Source: Eledone cirrhosa
Taxonomy: Eukaryota
Reading direction: 5' to 3'
Length of the DNA: 64,000 nt
Assembly (NCBI GenBank): GCA_964016885.1
Contig: OZ024748.1
Coordinates: 10,602,001 to 10,666,000 of the forward strand
The number at the start of each line of letters is the position of its first letter. Position 1 is the first letter of the stretch. The notes below the pieces were generated by a model that was given only the letters and a program-made list of their open reading frames with translations, did not search any database and was not told where the DNA came from. The translations under genes were made by a program, and so were the position numbers. Positions 23,401-37,500 of the stretch are shown here, piece after piece.

Positions 23401-26400
23401 TGCGACCGACACAAAGGGACGCAACTCCTATACGTATCTGCCACTGGGAGTCGCGACCGTCACAAAGGGACGTAACTCCTATACGTGCTGAGTTACAGCC
23501 ATAAGGGGTCGCTACAAATTATTGTTTATTTACACATCTATGGACGTTTCAATACAGCCAGAAATTATACATCAATAGTGGAGAAAACATAACATTTTTC
23601 AGTTAATTAACTCAACAATAGGCACTTTACCTCAGGCCATATCTCTTCAGGAAATACAAAAAGCAATAATTTGTTTAACATCAAAAAGGAAAGCAAGAAT
23701 TACATAGGATTCACTGTACAAAAACAGAGTGTGGCCTTGTGTTTGTGTTGGTGTATGTTTTTATGTCCTGTAACTTAGCAGTTCAACAGATGAGATCAAT
23801 AAAATAAGTACACAACTTGAAAAAAATATGTACTTGGGTCAATATAATTGACTAAAATCTCTTTAAAGTGGTGTCAGCATGGTTGCAGTTAATGACTGAA
23901 ACCAGTCAAAGAATGAATAAAATACACCATATGGCTGTGTCTGTTCATCATCATCATCATCATTATCATTGTTTTTACATCTACTTTTTCCATGGCAACA
24001 CTTATTCAACGAAACCTTTTCAAGGGTCAGGCTGGTTTCTTTGCAGTATCTGTTCCAGCTCTGTGTGTTCAAATCCTGCCTTATGTCACTGGTACTTTAT
24101 TTTATCAAACCCTGGAAGGAAGAAAGGTAAAATTGACCTCAGTGGTATTTGAACTCAGAATGCGAATAGCTGGAATATATACCACAAGTCATTTTGGCCA
24201 TCACTCTGATGATGATGATGATTTTTTCTAATATTCGCACAAAGCGAACAATTTGAGAGCAGAGGAAATTCGATTATATTGAAACCAGTATTTAACTGGT
24301 ACTTTATTTTATTGACCCCAGAAGGATGAGGGATAAAGTTAACCACAGAATTTGAACCCAGAATGTCAATGGACGGGACTAAATACTTCAGTGCACCCCC
24401 ATTATACATGTGGTATATTTTCTTAGAACCCTTGATTCATAATTATGACACAGAAACCAGATTCGGTAATAATCTAACACAGGAACAATAACAACGCTCA
24501 TTTTGAGTTGCTTTTTCCCTGCTAAAGCAGAGATAAGCGTTGAGGGCCTCATGACAAGCTTCTCCATTTTTCCCTATCATCTGCATCAGCCCTTCACCAA
24601 ACCCCTGGCTTTCAGCTCCTTCTCCAGAGTATATCCGGTTTAGAATAGGCACACTGTACTTCCATTTTGCCCTATCATCTGCATCAGCCCTTCACCAAAC
24701 CCCTGGCTTTCAGCTCCTTCTCCAGAGTATATCCGGTTTAGAATAGGCACACTGTACTTCCATTTTGCCCTATCATCTGCATCAGCCCTTCACCAAACCC
24801 CTGGCTTTCAGCTCCTTCTCCAGAGTATATCCGGTTTAGAATAGGCACACTGTACTTCCATTTTGCCCTATCATCTGCATCAGCCCTTCACCAAACCCCT
24901 GGCTTTCAGCTCCTTCTCCAGAGTATATCCCGTTTAGAATAGGCACACTGTACTTCCATTTTGCCCTATCATCTGCATCAGCCCTTCACCGACACATCCC
25001 TGGCTTACAGTTCTTCCTCCAGTGTATATCCGGTTTAGAATAGGCACACTGTACCTTTGTGTGTCATAAGAGGCAACCAGAGAAGCTTGCAGCACCAAGA
25101 AGTGTATCCGGCCTTATGACATGGCCTCAAACAAGATCCTCATGGTGAGTGACACAAAATGACAAAGCTTACAAATCTATTTGTGTTGTTTTATTACAAT
25201 AGACAGACATAAAGATGACGATAATGTTGATAATGATGATGATGGTGGTGGTTGTGGTGATAATGATGGTGGTGGTGGTTGTAGTGATATTGGTGGTGAT
25301 GGTGATAGTGGTGGTGTTGGTGAAGTATGGTGGTGATATTGGTGATGGTGATAGTGTTGGTGAAGTATGGTGGTGGTGGTGGAGTATGCTGGTGGTGTTG
25401 GTTGGTGGCAGTATAGATGATAGTGGTGATATTGGTGGTGGTGGTGGTGGTATTGTTGTTGGTGGAGTATGATGTTGGTGGTTGGTAGTGGTATTGTTGT
25501 TGGTCTTGGTGGCACTGTGTGGTGGGGGTGAATTGCGCGGTGGTGGTGGTGGTGGTAGGGAATTGAATCCCTTTTTTCTTCGTCTTTCATTCCTAACAAT
25601 GAGATGCTGTATTGCTTTTGATAATAAAAATGTTTTTTGAAAATGTGTGGCATCATGTGTATCATGAATGAAGAATCAGCTGGCTGGTTCTACTGAAGAA
25701 TACAATGGCATCATCATCATTACCATCAGTCATTACCACCAGTCATTATCATCATCATCATTACCATCATCACCATTACCATCATCATCATCATCTTCGC
25801 CATTATCACCACCATCATCAGAATCATCATCATTATCATCATCATCATCGTTATCATCATCATCATCACCATGATCATCACCATTATCATTATTACATCC
25901 TTATTACCACCATCATCATTATCATCAATCATAATAATCCCCATTATCAGCATCACCCCCCCCCCCCCTCAACCATCATCATCACCACCACCACCTCCCG
26001 CTATCTTTGTCATCTTTACAACTACCACCACCACCACCACCACCACCTTCACCATTATCTGTGTAAGAACATCTTTTGTTATTTAATCAACAAATCTTTG
26101 TATGTTTGCCAAATGTGTAATGTAGGTGTGTAAACGGGGTGGCGGGGAGGGGGGTGTCAGCAAACATATGTTTTCTTTTTCTTTCATCCTTCCTTCTTTT
26201 TCTTCCTGTACAATGTTATAAAATCTTCAGAATCTTATTCGTTAAGATGTGGGCTGTTGTTATTTGTGTTGTTGTTGTCATTTTAAAGATTTATTCTTAG
26301 TGCCAGCTAAATATAGCAGAATCGAAGAATATAAATATAGCTGGAACCTGAGGATGATATTTTATAAAAATAAAACAACAGAAAGAATCCACCACCTGGT

Positions 26401-27699
26401 TAAAGACAACTATTGAGTACTTGCATACCTTTAACATAGTCCACTCTGTTGAAAGCATTTGGGCCAGGTCTCTGGTTTAACCCTTTAGCTTTTAAATTAG
26501 CCATATCTGGCCAGAATTCTCTCACTTCTTCCTATTCAAAGTGGCTGTAACTGGCTGCTCAAAATTATGTTACGGTATTGTTCTCAAAATAAATAATATC
26601 AAAATCTCATAGATTCGATATTATGTGAGATAATTATATGAGATACCATGTTTACCATGAAAATACAATAGTAAATATAGAGTAATGTAAATGCTAAATA
26701 ATTAAGGATATATTTTTCTCTCACCAGTCTGTGAGGCCCTAGAAAGGATCATAGGTGCTGCTTTTCTCCCCTTCACAAAACAGTAGGAATAAACAAGCAC
26801 ATTCATCATCATCATCATCATTTCTTTGTGACTGGTTGTTCATGTTTGCATGGGTTGGACAAGTCTTTTCCAGAATAACTTTCTTCCATTACATAACAAT
26901 GGACTGGCCGAATTGTTAGAACATCGGACAAAATAATTAGTAGCATTTAATTACAGTCCTTTACATATGTTCTAAGTTCAAATCCTGCCAAGGACAGCTT
27001 TGCTTTTCATCTTCTCAAGAGTCAATAAAACAATTCACCAGTCATATACTGGGGGTCGATGTAATCAATTGATCCCCTTCCCCCAAATTGCTGGCCTTGT
27101 GTCTGAATTAGCAACGATTATTTCCACTGTCAATTGGCAGAATCGGTAGAGCGTCGGACAATATGCTTTGTGGCATAGAGTTACGGCCCTTTACATTATG
27201 AGTTCAAATCCCATTGAGGTTAGCTTTGAATTTCATCCTTACAGGGTCAATAAAATAAAACACCAATAATCTACTGGGGTCAATTTAATCGACTTTCCCC
27301 TTCCCCAAATTGCTGACCTTGTGCCTATAATAGAAACCATTATTTCCATGACATATGGTACAACTGATGAATCCAAAGACACAGTCTTCAGTGACAAAAC
27401 AAATAATGTAAACAATAAATGGATGTAATAAAATATGAAATATAATTGAAGAATCAGCTAAATATAGTCCTAATATTGGAAGGTAGAAAAGGTAATTCGA
27501 TAAGATATTTTTATTAATGGTAAGAGGAGACACATTACTGTCTCTTCTCACTCTCCTTCTCACTCTCCCTCCTCTCTCTTCTTTCTCACTCTTTTTCTGA
27601 CTCTCTCTCTATCCTCTGTTCTTCCTTCTTTCTCCTTCTCTCTCTCTCTCTCTCCGGATGGTTATCCAATAATTTATTGATTTAGCAATCTCTGCTTCT

Positions 27700-27744
<45 letters not shown>

Positions 27745-30280
27745 TTGTATATATATATATATATATATACACACACATATGCATACATCCGTATACACAC
27801 ATACATACCTACATGTACACATACAAACATATACACACCTACATGTACACATACAAACATATACACACCCACATATATATATATATATATACATGCATAC
27901 ATGCTGCCCAGACATGCTCACATACACACCTGTCGCATATACATGTACACATACAGGTATACATACATAATGGCTGCTGCATCTTGGTTTCAAGAATTGC
28001 CATTCCTTGACCTTTTATTCATACATGGGTGGCACGAACATGACTTTTTAGCCCTGCCAAGGACTTAGATTCCTTTCTGCATATGCTGCAGAAAAAGAAA
28101 AAGAAAAGGCCATGCTCACGCAACATATGTGAACGCCATTTAGATTGAGCAATGCCTGTTCTTGAAGCTTTTTTTGGTGAAGAAAGGCCTTGCATGAACC
28201 GATCCCACTCTCTGAACAATGGTGACAGGTATCCAAAAAGAAGACCAGGCTTAATGGTTTTAAAGTGCCTAACTGGTATCTGGGAGATATGGGGTTCAAT
28301 TCTTCATAATGGCAGCTTCATTTTTTGTTTTTAACTCTTTAGCATTTACATTACTCTATATATACTATTGTATTTTCACAGTAAAGGCTTTACCTCACAT
28401 AACATTTACATTACTCTATATATACTATTGTATTTTCACAGTAAAGCCTTTACCTCACATAACATTTACATTACTCTATATATACTATTGTATTTTCACA
28501 GTAAAGCCTTTACCTCACATAACATTTACATTACTCTATATATACTATTGTATTTTCACAGTAAAGCCTTTACCTCACATAACATTTACATTACTCTATA
28601 TATACTATTGTATTTTCACAGTAAAGCCTTTACCTCACATAACATTTACATTACTCTATATATACTATTGTATTTTCACAGTAAAGCCTTTACCTCACAT
28701 AACATTTACATTACTCTATATATACTACTGTATTTTCACAGTAAAGCCTTTACCTCACATAACATTTACATTACTCTATATATACTATTGTATTTTCACA
28801 GTAAAGGCTTTACCTCACATAAAATCTCACATAACATTTACATTACTCTATATATATACTACTGTATTTTCACAGTAAAGGCTTTACCTCACATAAAATC
28901 TCACATAACATTTACATTACTCTATATATACTATTGTATTTTCACAGTAAAGGCTTTACCTCACATAATTATCTCGCTTGGTATCGAATCTACAAGATTT
29001 TGATGTTATTTATTTTGCAAACAATACTTTAATGTAGGCATGAGTGGCCAGTTACAGCCAGTTTGAACAGTAAGAGGTGAGAGAATGCTGGCTGGATACA
29101 GCCGGTTTAAATGCTAAAGGGTTAAGAATCTTCACCTTATTTTATAAGCATTTCATAGCATCTCTACACATGACCAATGAACACAACATTCTTCATATTA
29201 AATATATATCTATTGAATTGGATTAGTAACATCGCCATATTTTTTGACAACAGAAAAAAAGACAAAGTTACTAATTCAATTCATTTTCAAATTCCACTGC
29301 CGACTTCTAATCACATGATGTTTTATATATACACAAGGTGTCCCCCCCCAAAATGTATACACACTTTGATTATCTTTACAGGCAATATGTATTAAAATGC
29401 ACAGCCTTTCCCCAAAATAGAATGACTACAGACATAATTCAATTGTATGTAAACACTCAAAAATGTTTACATAATTTAAATAATTGTTTCTATTTTAGGC
29501 ACAAGGCCAGCAATTACCCAGTGCATTACTGGTACTTTATTTTATCGACCCCGTAAGGATGAAAGGCAAAGTCAACCTCGGCGGGATTTGAACTCAGATC
29601 GTAAAGGGACGTAACTCTATGCTTCAAAGCATGGTGTCCGACTCTCTACCGATACTGCCAATCCACCGTCCTTTACATAATTTAAATAATGCATATAAAA
29701 CAGAATTTATTTTAATGCACTTTTTAGAGATTTTGTGTACACATTTTTTGGGAACACCCTATATATATATATATATATATATATAAGTGTTATATATATA
29801 TATATATATATATAGATAGATATATATAGATATTAGTAGTACCGATTAAAGTTTAAGCAAGGAATTTCTGCTTTCACCTTAAATGAGATCTGCTCAGGCT
29901 CATGTATATATGTGTATATGTATGTATAAGTATATGTAAATATTTGTTGTTGTAGGTAACATGATTGAATGGTGTCTTCCTGAAGAATCAGATTTAGATG
30001 GTGTTGAATTTAAAGCTATGGCCAGTGGATCTCATACTTTAATGAGAGATTTTGTGTAAGTAACAAACCTCATTTCTTACTTAATATTGCCATGTCATGC
30101 ATCGCCATTGTTGTCATCATCATCGTCATCATCATGATCATTGCCATTACCACTGCCATCATCATCACTACCACCAACATTAGCACTGTCATGACCATTC
30201 ACCACATTCACCATTGCCACATTCATTGCCAGGGTCCCCCACTCCCCACACACCACCATCATCATCAGTGTATGTGTGTA

Positions 30281-30360
<80 letters not shown>

Positions 30361-30414
30361 GAGAGGAGAGAGAAGACAAGACACTGATGTAAAAACAGTC
30401 TTATTAGTTGCATG

Positions 30415-30488
<74 letters not shown>

Positions 30489-32960
30489 TGTATGTATTAA
30501 TTATCTAATAAGATTAAAGGGTCCTCTCTACACTACACTGCCTCCCTTCTATAGCTAACCACTTTAAAGAGTATACTAAATGCATTTAATGGTGGTTCCC
30601 ACACCAGAAGTTGTAATGTTAGTGTTCACAAATGATGCTAAAAAAACAACCACAAAATAAATACATCAAGATGCCAAACTGTTCTATAAAACCTGTTACC
30701 AATTCTCTATAGTTAAGTGAACCGAAACTTGCATTGTTTAAATATACAGTATTTGATGAATACATGTGTTGCTTATAGATTTTTGCCAATATTAAACATG
30801 TTATTGATGCATATTTAAAAAAATAACTGGTTGCTGTTTTATTTTACAAAATAACTTCTTGTTTTGGTAGAAAGCAAATATACAAGAAATTGATATATAT
30901 TGATTATAAATGGGGTTTACATTTTAAAAAAAATGGAGTTTTGTTTTTAACTCTTTTAGATATAATCCAGCCAATACTGGCTCTGGTTTTGGTTCTTTAA
31001 AACAAAACAACCCATTTCAAAGGGTTCCTATTTAAATTCAAATCTTCCAATATAATTTTATATAAGAACCATGTTAGGTTACTATTTTAGAAATGAAGTA
31101 ATTAATGATTTCAATTAATCCCTCAAAATGTTACATTAATTAATTGAAATAGATTGTACAAGGGTCGGCTGAAAAGTACATAGACTGACCAAGATACTCT
31201 CATGAAATGATCAAATGAAGTTTATTTGTCAACATAGTCCCTGGAAAGAAACAATGCAGTTATTAAGAAGAGTTGAAATTAATGCATGCAAGATTTCACA
31301 GCTCTAGCATCACTCTTTCTTAGTCAGCTTATGAAATTTTCAGCCTATTATTTCATTACAAATACAATCATGAAACAGTTAATTTACACATAATATTAAA
31401 GCTTTGGGTTCATAAGGAGATTAAAGGTAAAAGAAAAGGATTATGTACTTGCTGAAATCCCTTTTGTCTAGAAACTGTTATAAAGGTTTTAAATGGTAAT
31501 TAAGATACTTCATTTTTTTGTTTGTTTATGGTGGATAGATATTGGTGTGGCAACTACACTATATTGGTTGTGTTGTGTCTATAGTGACACTATATTGGTT
31601 GTGTTGTGTCTATAGTGACACTATATTGGTTGTGTTGTGTCTATAGTGAGGTGTGTTAGTTAGATAAATGTGGTATGTGTCTAGTGAGATGTTGTTAGTA
31701 AGACAGATGTGGTCGTGTGTCTAGTGAGGTGTTGTTAGTAAGACATGTGGTGGTTTGGTATGTGTAATATGGTGTTGTTTGCAAGACAAATGTAGTTGTG
31801 TGGTGTGTTGCATGATGTGAATAAGACAGATGAGGCTATATGGTATGTGTAAATGTGGTGTTGTTAGTAAGTCAGATATATTTATGTGGTGTCCACATAG
31901 GCAATGCACCTATGTTAGAAATAAGTAATCTTTGTTGTTATTTATTTCTTATTTCTTATTTCCAGGTACTTTAGAAAAGATTCTCTGTATGGTCTGGCAT
32001 GTTTTGAAAACATGCCAGTTGAAAGTGAGATTGAGCGTGGTGCCAGAATGAAATCAGTAGGAATTCTATCTCCTACATATACCTCTCTCTACAGACACAT
32101 GCAGTTCCTTGAATCTCAAGTACGGTAAGTTTAATGTGTTTTGGTTGGTTTTCTAAGACTTACACTTCTAAAACCACCCCCACCAACAACAACAACAGCA
32201 ACAACAACAAGTCTTTTACAGCTATCTTCCTTGCTAAAGCAAGGAGTTAATCTTGTAAACTCCCATGACATATTGATCATCAAGGTCTGATCCTTTCTGA
32301 GGCATTGTTTTACAGCCAGATGCTCTTACTGGTACCTACTGTATTAGTTACCTTTCATGACACACTGTGATACGGTGCACCTATTCTATTCTGGATATAC
32401 ACAGAAATTTGATCTTACAGCTATAGTTACATACTGGGGTTGATTTTAATCAAATTCGCCTCCCACCTCCTCCTCCATAAAAAAAATGTACTGGTCTTGT
32501 GCCTAAATTAGAAATCAATATTTATTTTGACCCCACTATGCTCTGCAACATTTAGTTATTTTCTGTGTTCAAATCTTGCCAAGGTCAACTTTGTTTTTCA
32601 TCCTTTTAAGATCGATACAATAAAATACCAGTAAAGTACTGAGTCAACATAATTGACTTTCCCTCCCCACAAAACTACTGGCTTTGAGCCTAAATTTGAA
32701 ATTATTTTGTTGAACAATATTTTCTATAAATTCTCATTATCCATTTTGGAATTGACTCAATTATCTTTTTTTTTTCTTTGGCTTTTCTTCAAATATTCTT
32801 ACCACAGTTCCACAGTTCCTTTACTATTGAATAAGAGGAAAATAAAGAAGCTGATCATCAGATCAGACCAAAGAAACAACATTCCTATTGGTCTTTCCAT
32901 TACTGATACTATTTAACTGTAGATAAAAATTGATGTAAATAGCATCTAGCAAAGTTAAGA

Positions 32961-33027
<67 letters not shown>

Positions 33028-34498
33028 GTATTTGTCAGGTTGCTCTTTAGCGCTACTGGGAACATGTAACTAGTACAATCTATGCATGGTTGGGTTGCCG
33101 GTGCATAAACCAACAACCCCACCAATCTTGCTTGGTGAAGAGGGTGGTTTTGGACACCTTGTGGGAAGAAAAACAAAACCCATCAAAGGGCAGAGGAACT
33201 CGGGAGAGTCAATGACCATCTAATAAAGTTTTTTTCTTTTTTGAGGATGGCAGTGGAGTGAGAGACCCCTAGTCTTCATTAAGACATCTCTCTAGGAGAA
33301 GGTTACTCTGATATAAAACCTGCAACTTTGTTTGCATCCAATGATGTAGACCATTTCTACTTTTTGGGTAAATGTATTCAATGTTCAGAAAATGGGATTG
33401 GTCCCGAGCAAAGCCTTTCCTTACCTAAAGTTTCAAGCACAGGCATCGCTTGATATGTGACATCTTTTGCGATGTATGGTATGGCTGTCTGCAAGCAAGT
33501 CCCTAGCAGGACTAAAAAGCCACGTGTTTTGATAATTAATCTGATCTATTAATTAATATGTGACTAACTTTAACCCTTAGATATAAAACTGACTGAAACT
33601 ACCCTTGGTTCTACCATACAAAACTGACTGAAACTACCCTTGGTTCTACCATACAAAACTGACTGAAACTACCCTTGGTTCTACCATACAAAACTGTTTC
33701 TCGTGAAGTGTTTATATTTATCTAATCTTCCATTATAATTTTACATAAGAACTTTCCTTAAGTTATGTTCCCAACCTCAGCTTAATAATAAAAAAAGTTA
33801 TTTTACTAAATTCCTCCAAATTCTTGAATATTTTCATAATAATTTCAAATCCTATGTAGTGTTTCATCAACGATATGAAAGGATTAACCTTGTGGTTCTT
33901 TATCTCCATTATAGGCACCAACTTCAAACACCAGGCAAATATGATCAGCTGCAAGCCTTTTACAACGATAAGAAAGGTGTGCTTCCTTCTCGAAATGAAA
34001 ATTCCAGTGGCGCCATCATTTCTGATTTGGAAGTGTGTTCAATATCACCAGTTCCTCAGCAATCCTGGTCCACATCCAGTCGAGAACTCTTGCCCGAAAT
34101 GAAGGTCAGGGAATTTTTTTATTAATGCTACCTTTGTTTTGTTTTTTTTTATCTTACAATACTTCAGTTTACATATATAGCAGTGACTGCTATCATCCTC
34201 CAAACTTTCCCTAAAATATGGTGTTATATCGATAGCAGACAGTCCCTATCTGCTTCGATATAACACCATATTAGCAGGGCTATCCCCGAATTGAATTTTC
34301 TATTTCCTTTCTCCTATCTTCTATTCTATGTTTGGGTTCAATGTAATCCTGTTACATAATTCTGCAAGTAACACCTGATGATATTGTCTAGTCTTACATC
34401 ATAATCGGATGGTAGACCTGGGCCATCGAAATATGTATAGTGCTTTCGTGGAAATAAATTCTAATGTAAATTTTCTAGTCCGGCCTTCTGTTGTTTTA

Positions 34499-34537
<39 letters not shown>

Positions 34538-37500
34538 AGATGGCAATTTGAATGGACCTGGTTTTCTCTAAAAAAACTTTCTTTCATTTCTACCACTGCC
34601 CACTCTCCTCTATCTTTCCATTTCTTCTTTAATATAAATATTTCTACATTTCCTTCCATTTTCAGATTACCCATCCTGCTGGTTGTTTTTCTCAATTTAT
34701 TAAATTCTTTGGAGAGAATATATTTATTCTCTGGAAATACACACTCCTTCAGAAGAGGATACTGTTTTTTTCACCCCCTCCAATTGGTGTTGTTTGCTAT
34801 AGAGGTAAGATGACTCACTGTTCAATATATCTTGTTGTTAAACCTATAGCGGTAGACTTTTGGCATTCTTCATCTCTTGAATTACCTCCCTACTCAAACT
34901 GCTATTGGGGAAGAGTTGGTCATCCACAAAAGTGAGCTCCATGAGGTGGAATGACTGTTTCAACATGTCTTCCTTGATATCCTCTCTGGAGTAATACATT
35001 TTCTATTTTGTCAACTGGGACCATGAGGTGCCTTGCTCCTGAGGTTCTGCAATCCAGTGAGCATTCTCCTACTTTGTCTGGGCATGGATACAGTATAGAG
35101 AACTGAATTGCGTTGTGGTACCTATTTACAGCTAGGTGGACTCTTTAACTCTTTTGATACCAACCAGCATAAAATTGCTTTTGGTTTTTGAAAGAAGACC
35201 AACCATTTTAAAGGGTTCCTAGTTAACTTTAAAACCTTCCAACATAATTTTATGAGAACCATTACACCTCAGCAACTTAAGCATATTTAATCCTTTCGAA
35301 GTTGATAAAAAATCTTCACCATTGTTTTATGGTTTATTAATCTAGATTTTCCTTTTCAGTGTACTGTGCTTGTTGTCTTGGTAACCATGATATGCGGGGT
35401 CTTGTGAATAGGGAGCTGATCCCTCGCTTTTATGTAAATATTGCCGATATTGAAGTGCTAGAAAATGAAGTTGCGTATATTGCATGTAAGTCTGATAACT
35501 TATTTATCTCATTCCATCATTATATTTATCATTGTGATATCTTGTGATATCATCTAGCCAGTTCATGAATTTATTGCATATGTCATAATTTATTTATCTC
35601 ATTTGTCCATTATATTTATCATTGGGATATTATTTATATATATTGCGATATCATTGTGATATTGTAAAGACACATGACTTAGTGGTTAAGGTATTTGGCA
35701 CTTGATTGTAAGGTCATGAGTTCAATTCCTGGTGATGTATTGTGTTCTAGAGTAGGACACTTTATTATATATTTATTGTATTATATTATTATATTATATT
35801 ATATATTTATTATATGTATTATATTGTCAGGTACAACAGAGAAGATATTTGAAAGTAAAACCCACCTGTATGATGTTTATGTAAATAACCAGAATGTAAC
35901 GACTAATTCTCCAGTCTTGAAGGAACTGCTCAAAGTTAGTGATGGAGATCGTGATAAATTAACCAAATTGAACAATCAAAGGTTAGTAAATTAACAAAGC
36001 ACTATCATCTCCTCCTTCCTTGGGAGACCTTTAGTTGTCAATGACATGATAACTTCCCTAGTATTGGTGATCTACATGGTAAAAGCACCCAGTACACTCT
36101 GTAAAATGGTTAGTAATAGGAAGGATATTTAGCTGTAGAAAACCTGCCAAATAATGGGGGAGGAGGACCCCTCAGTTGTGTTAAAGACATGACAAATTCT
36201 CTAGTGCCAGTGTCATTATATAATTCACTCAGTGTTAGATGATGTGGAAGGGAAATGTGGCCCCCTTTCCAGCCCATCTGATCAGTCAGTAGCCTTGCTT
36301 GTGTACTTTACAGAGTGTACTGGCTGTCTTTTTTCATGGCACCAAATTCACCACTTCACATAGTGCATTGAGTGCATTTCATTATGACACCAGCACTATC
36401 ACTTTACAGAGTGGACAGGGTGCATTTTATTATGGTGTCATCAATATTCTATACACATGCATACAAGCATGCACATGTGAGCAAACATACATTTTTCTCT
36501 GACAATAGTTTTTCTTTCAGTCTTACTTCTGATTTTATTTTATTGCTCTCTCTCCCTTCTCGCTCTCGTCCTAACTTTTTCTTGCTCTCCTCTCTTTCAC
36601 TTGCTGTCTCTTTCTCCCTCTTCAACTCTATGAATCCCTATACTCTTCAACTCTATGAATCCCTATACAAAGTTCTCTTATTCGATATCTTGCTTTCGAA
36701 TGACCAGCAATAAACAAAAATTCAACAAACTTGTTGAAACTTTACATAATGGAAACTCATTACGTAATGGAGTTGTGAAACAAAACTATTCTCTAAACAA
36801 CACTTAAAACATTTTAAACATCAAAATATTAAAACTTCATAAATATATTTTATACTCATGAGGATTTCACACCATCTAAACTACACCATCTAAACATAAT
36901 GTGTTAATTAGTTGCTCCGGTTTATAAACAGGGTTTGGATTTTTGCCCATTTCTCAGACATAAAATAAGGGGTGACTTATATTAAAGTATATACGGTATA
37001 TGTTTGTTTGTTTTTTCTTATCTAGATCAGCACATTTATTCTCTGTAGAAGAACTTGGAGAGCAGTCAATCGATGAAGAAGAATTGTTTACAACGTATGT
37101 AGATTGTTTGTTGTTATCGTTGTTGTTGTCACAGTTCTTTGATCTGCTCTTTGGTCAGTTCTAACAGACCAGACCTTAGAACAAAATCATCTTAGCCATT
37201 ATCGTCCTGTCATCATCATCACCATCATCAACATCACCAACATTGTTGTCATCATTGTTTTTAAATCTACTTTTTCATGCTGAAATGAGTTGAATGAGAC
37301 TTTTTAATCATATGGTTACCATATTTCTAATAAAAGAAACTCCCTTTGATTTGGTGAATAATTTAGAATTTTGAGGGATTTAGTAAAGTAACTAACTTTG
37401 TTATTATTAAGTTGGTGTTTGGAATATAACTTAACTCTTTAGCATTTACATTACTCTATATTTACTATTGTATTTTCGCAGTAAAGGCTTTACCTCACAT

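Noticed and set aside
24564-25055. Retrozyme/hammerhead tandem array
   Set aside because: Minus strand has CTGATGC rather than CTGATGA and no correctly placed GAAA
25177-26133. Poly-His/Ser/Met ORFs
   Set aside because: Trinucleotide repeat tracts
28309-29003. 189/211-aa repetitive ORFs
   Set aside because: 60-bp MITE-derived tandem repeat
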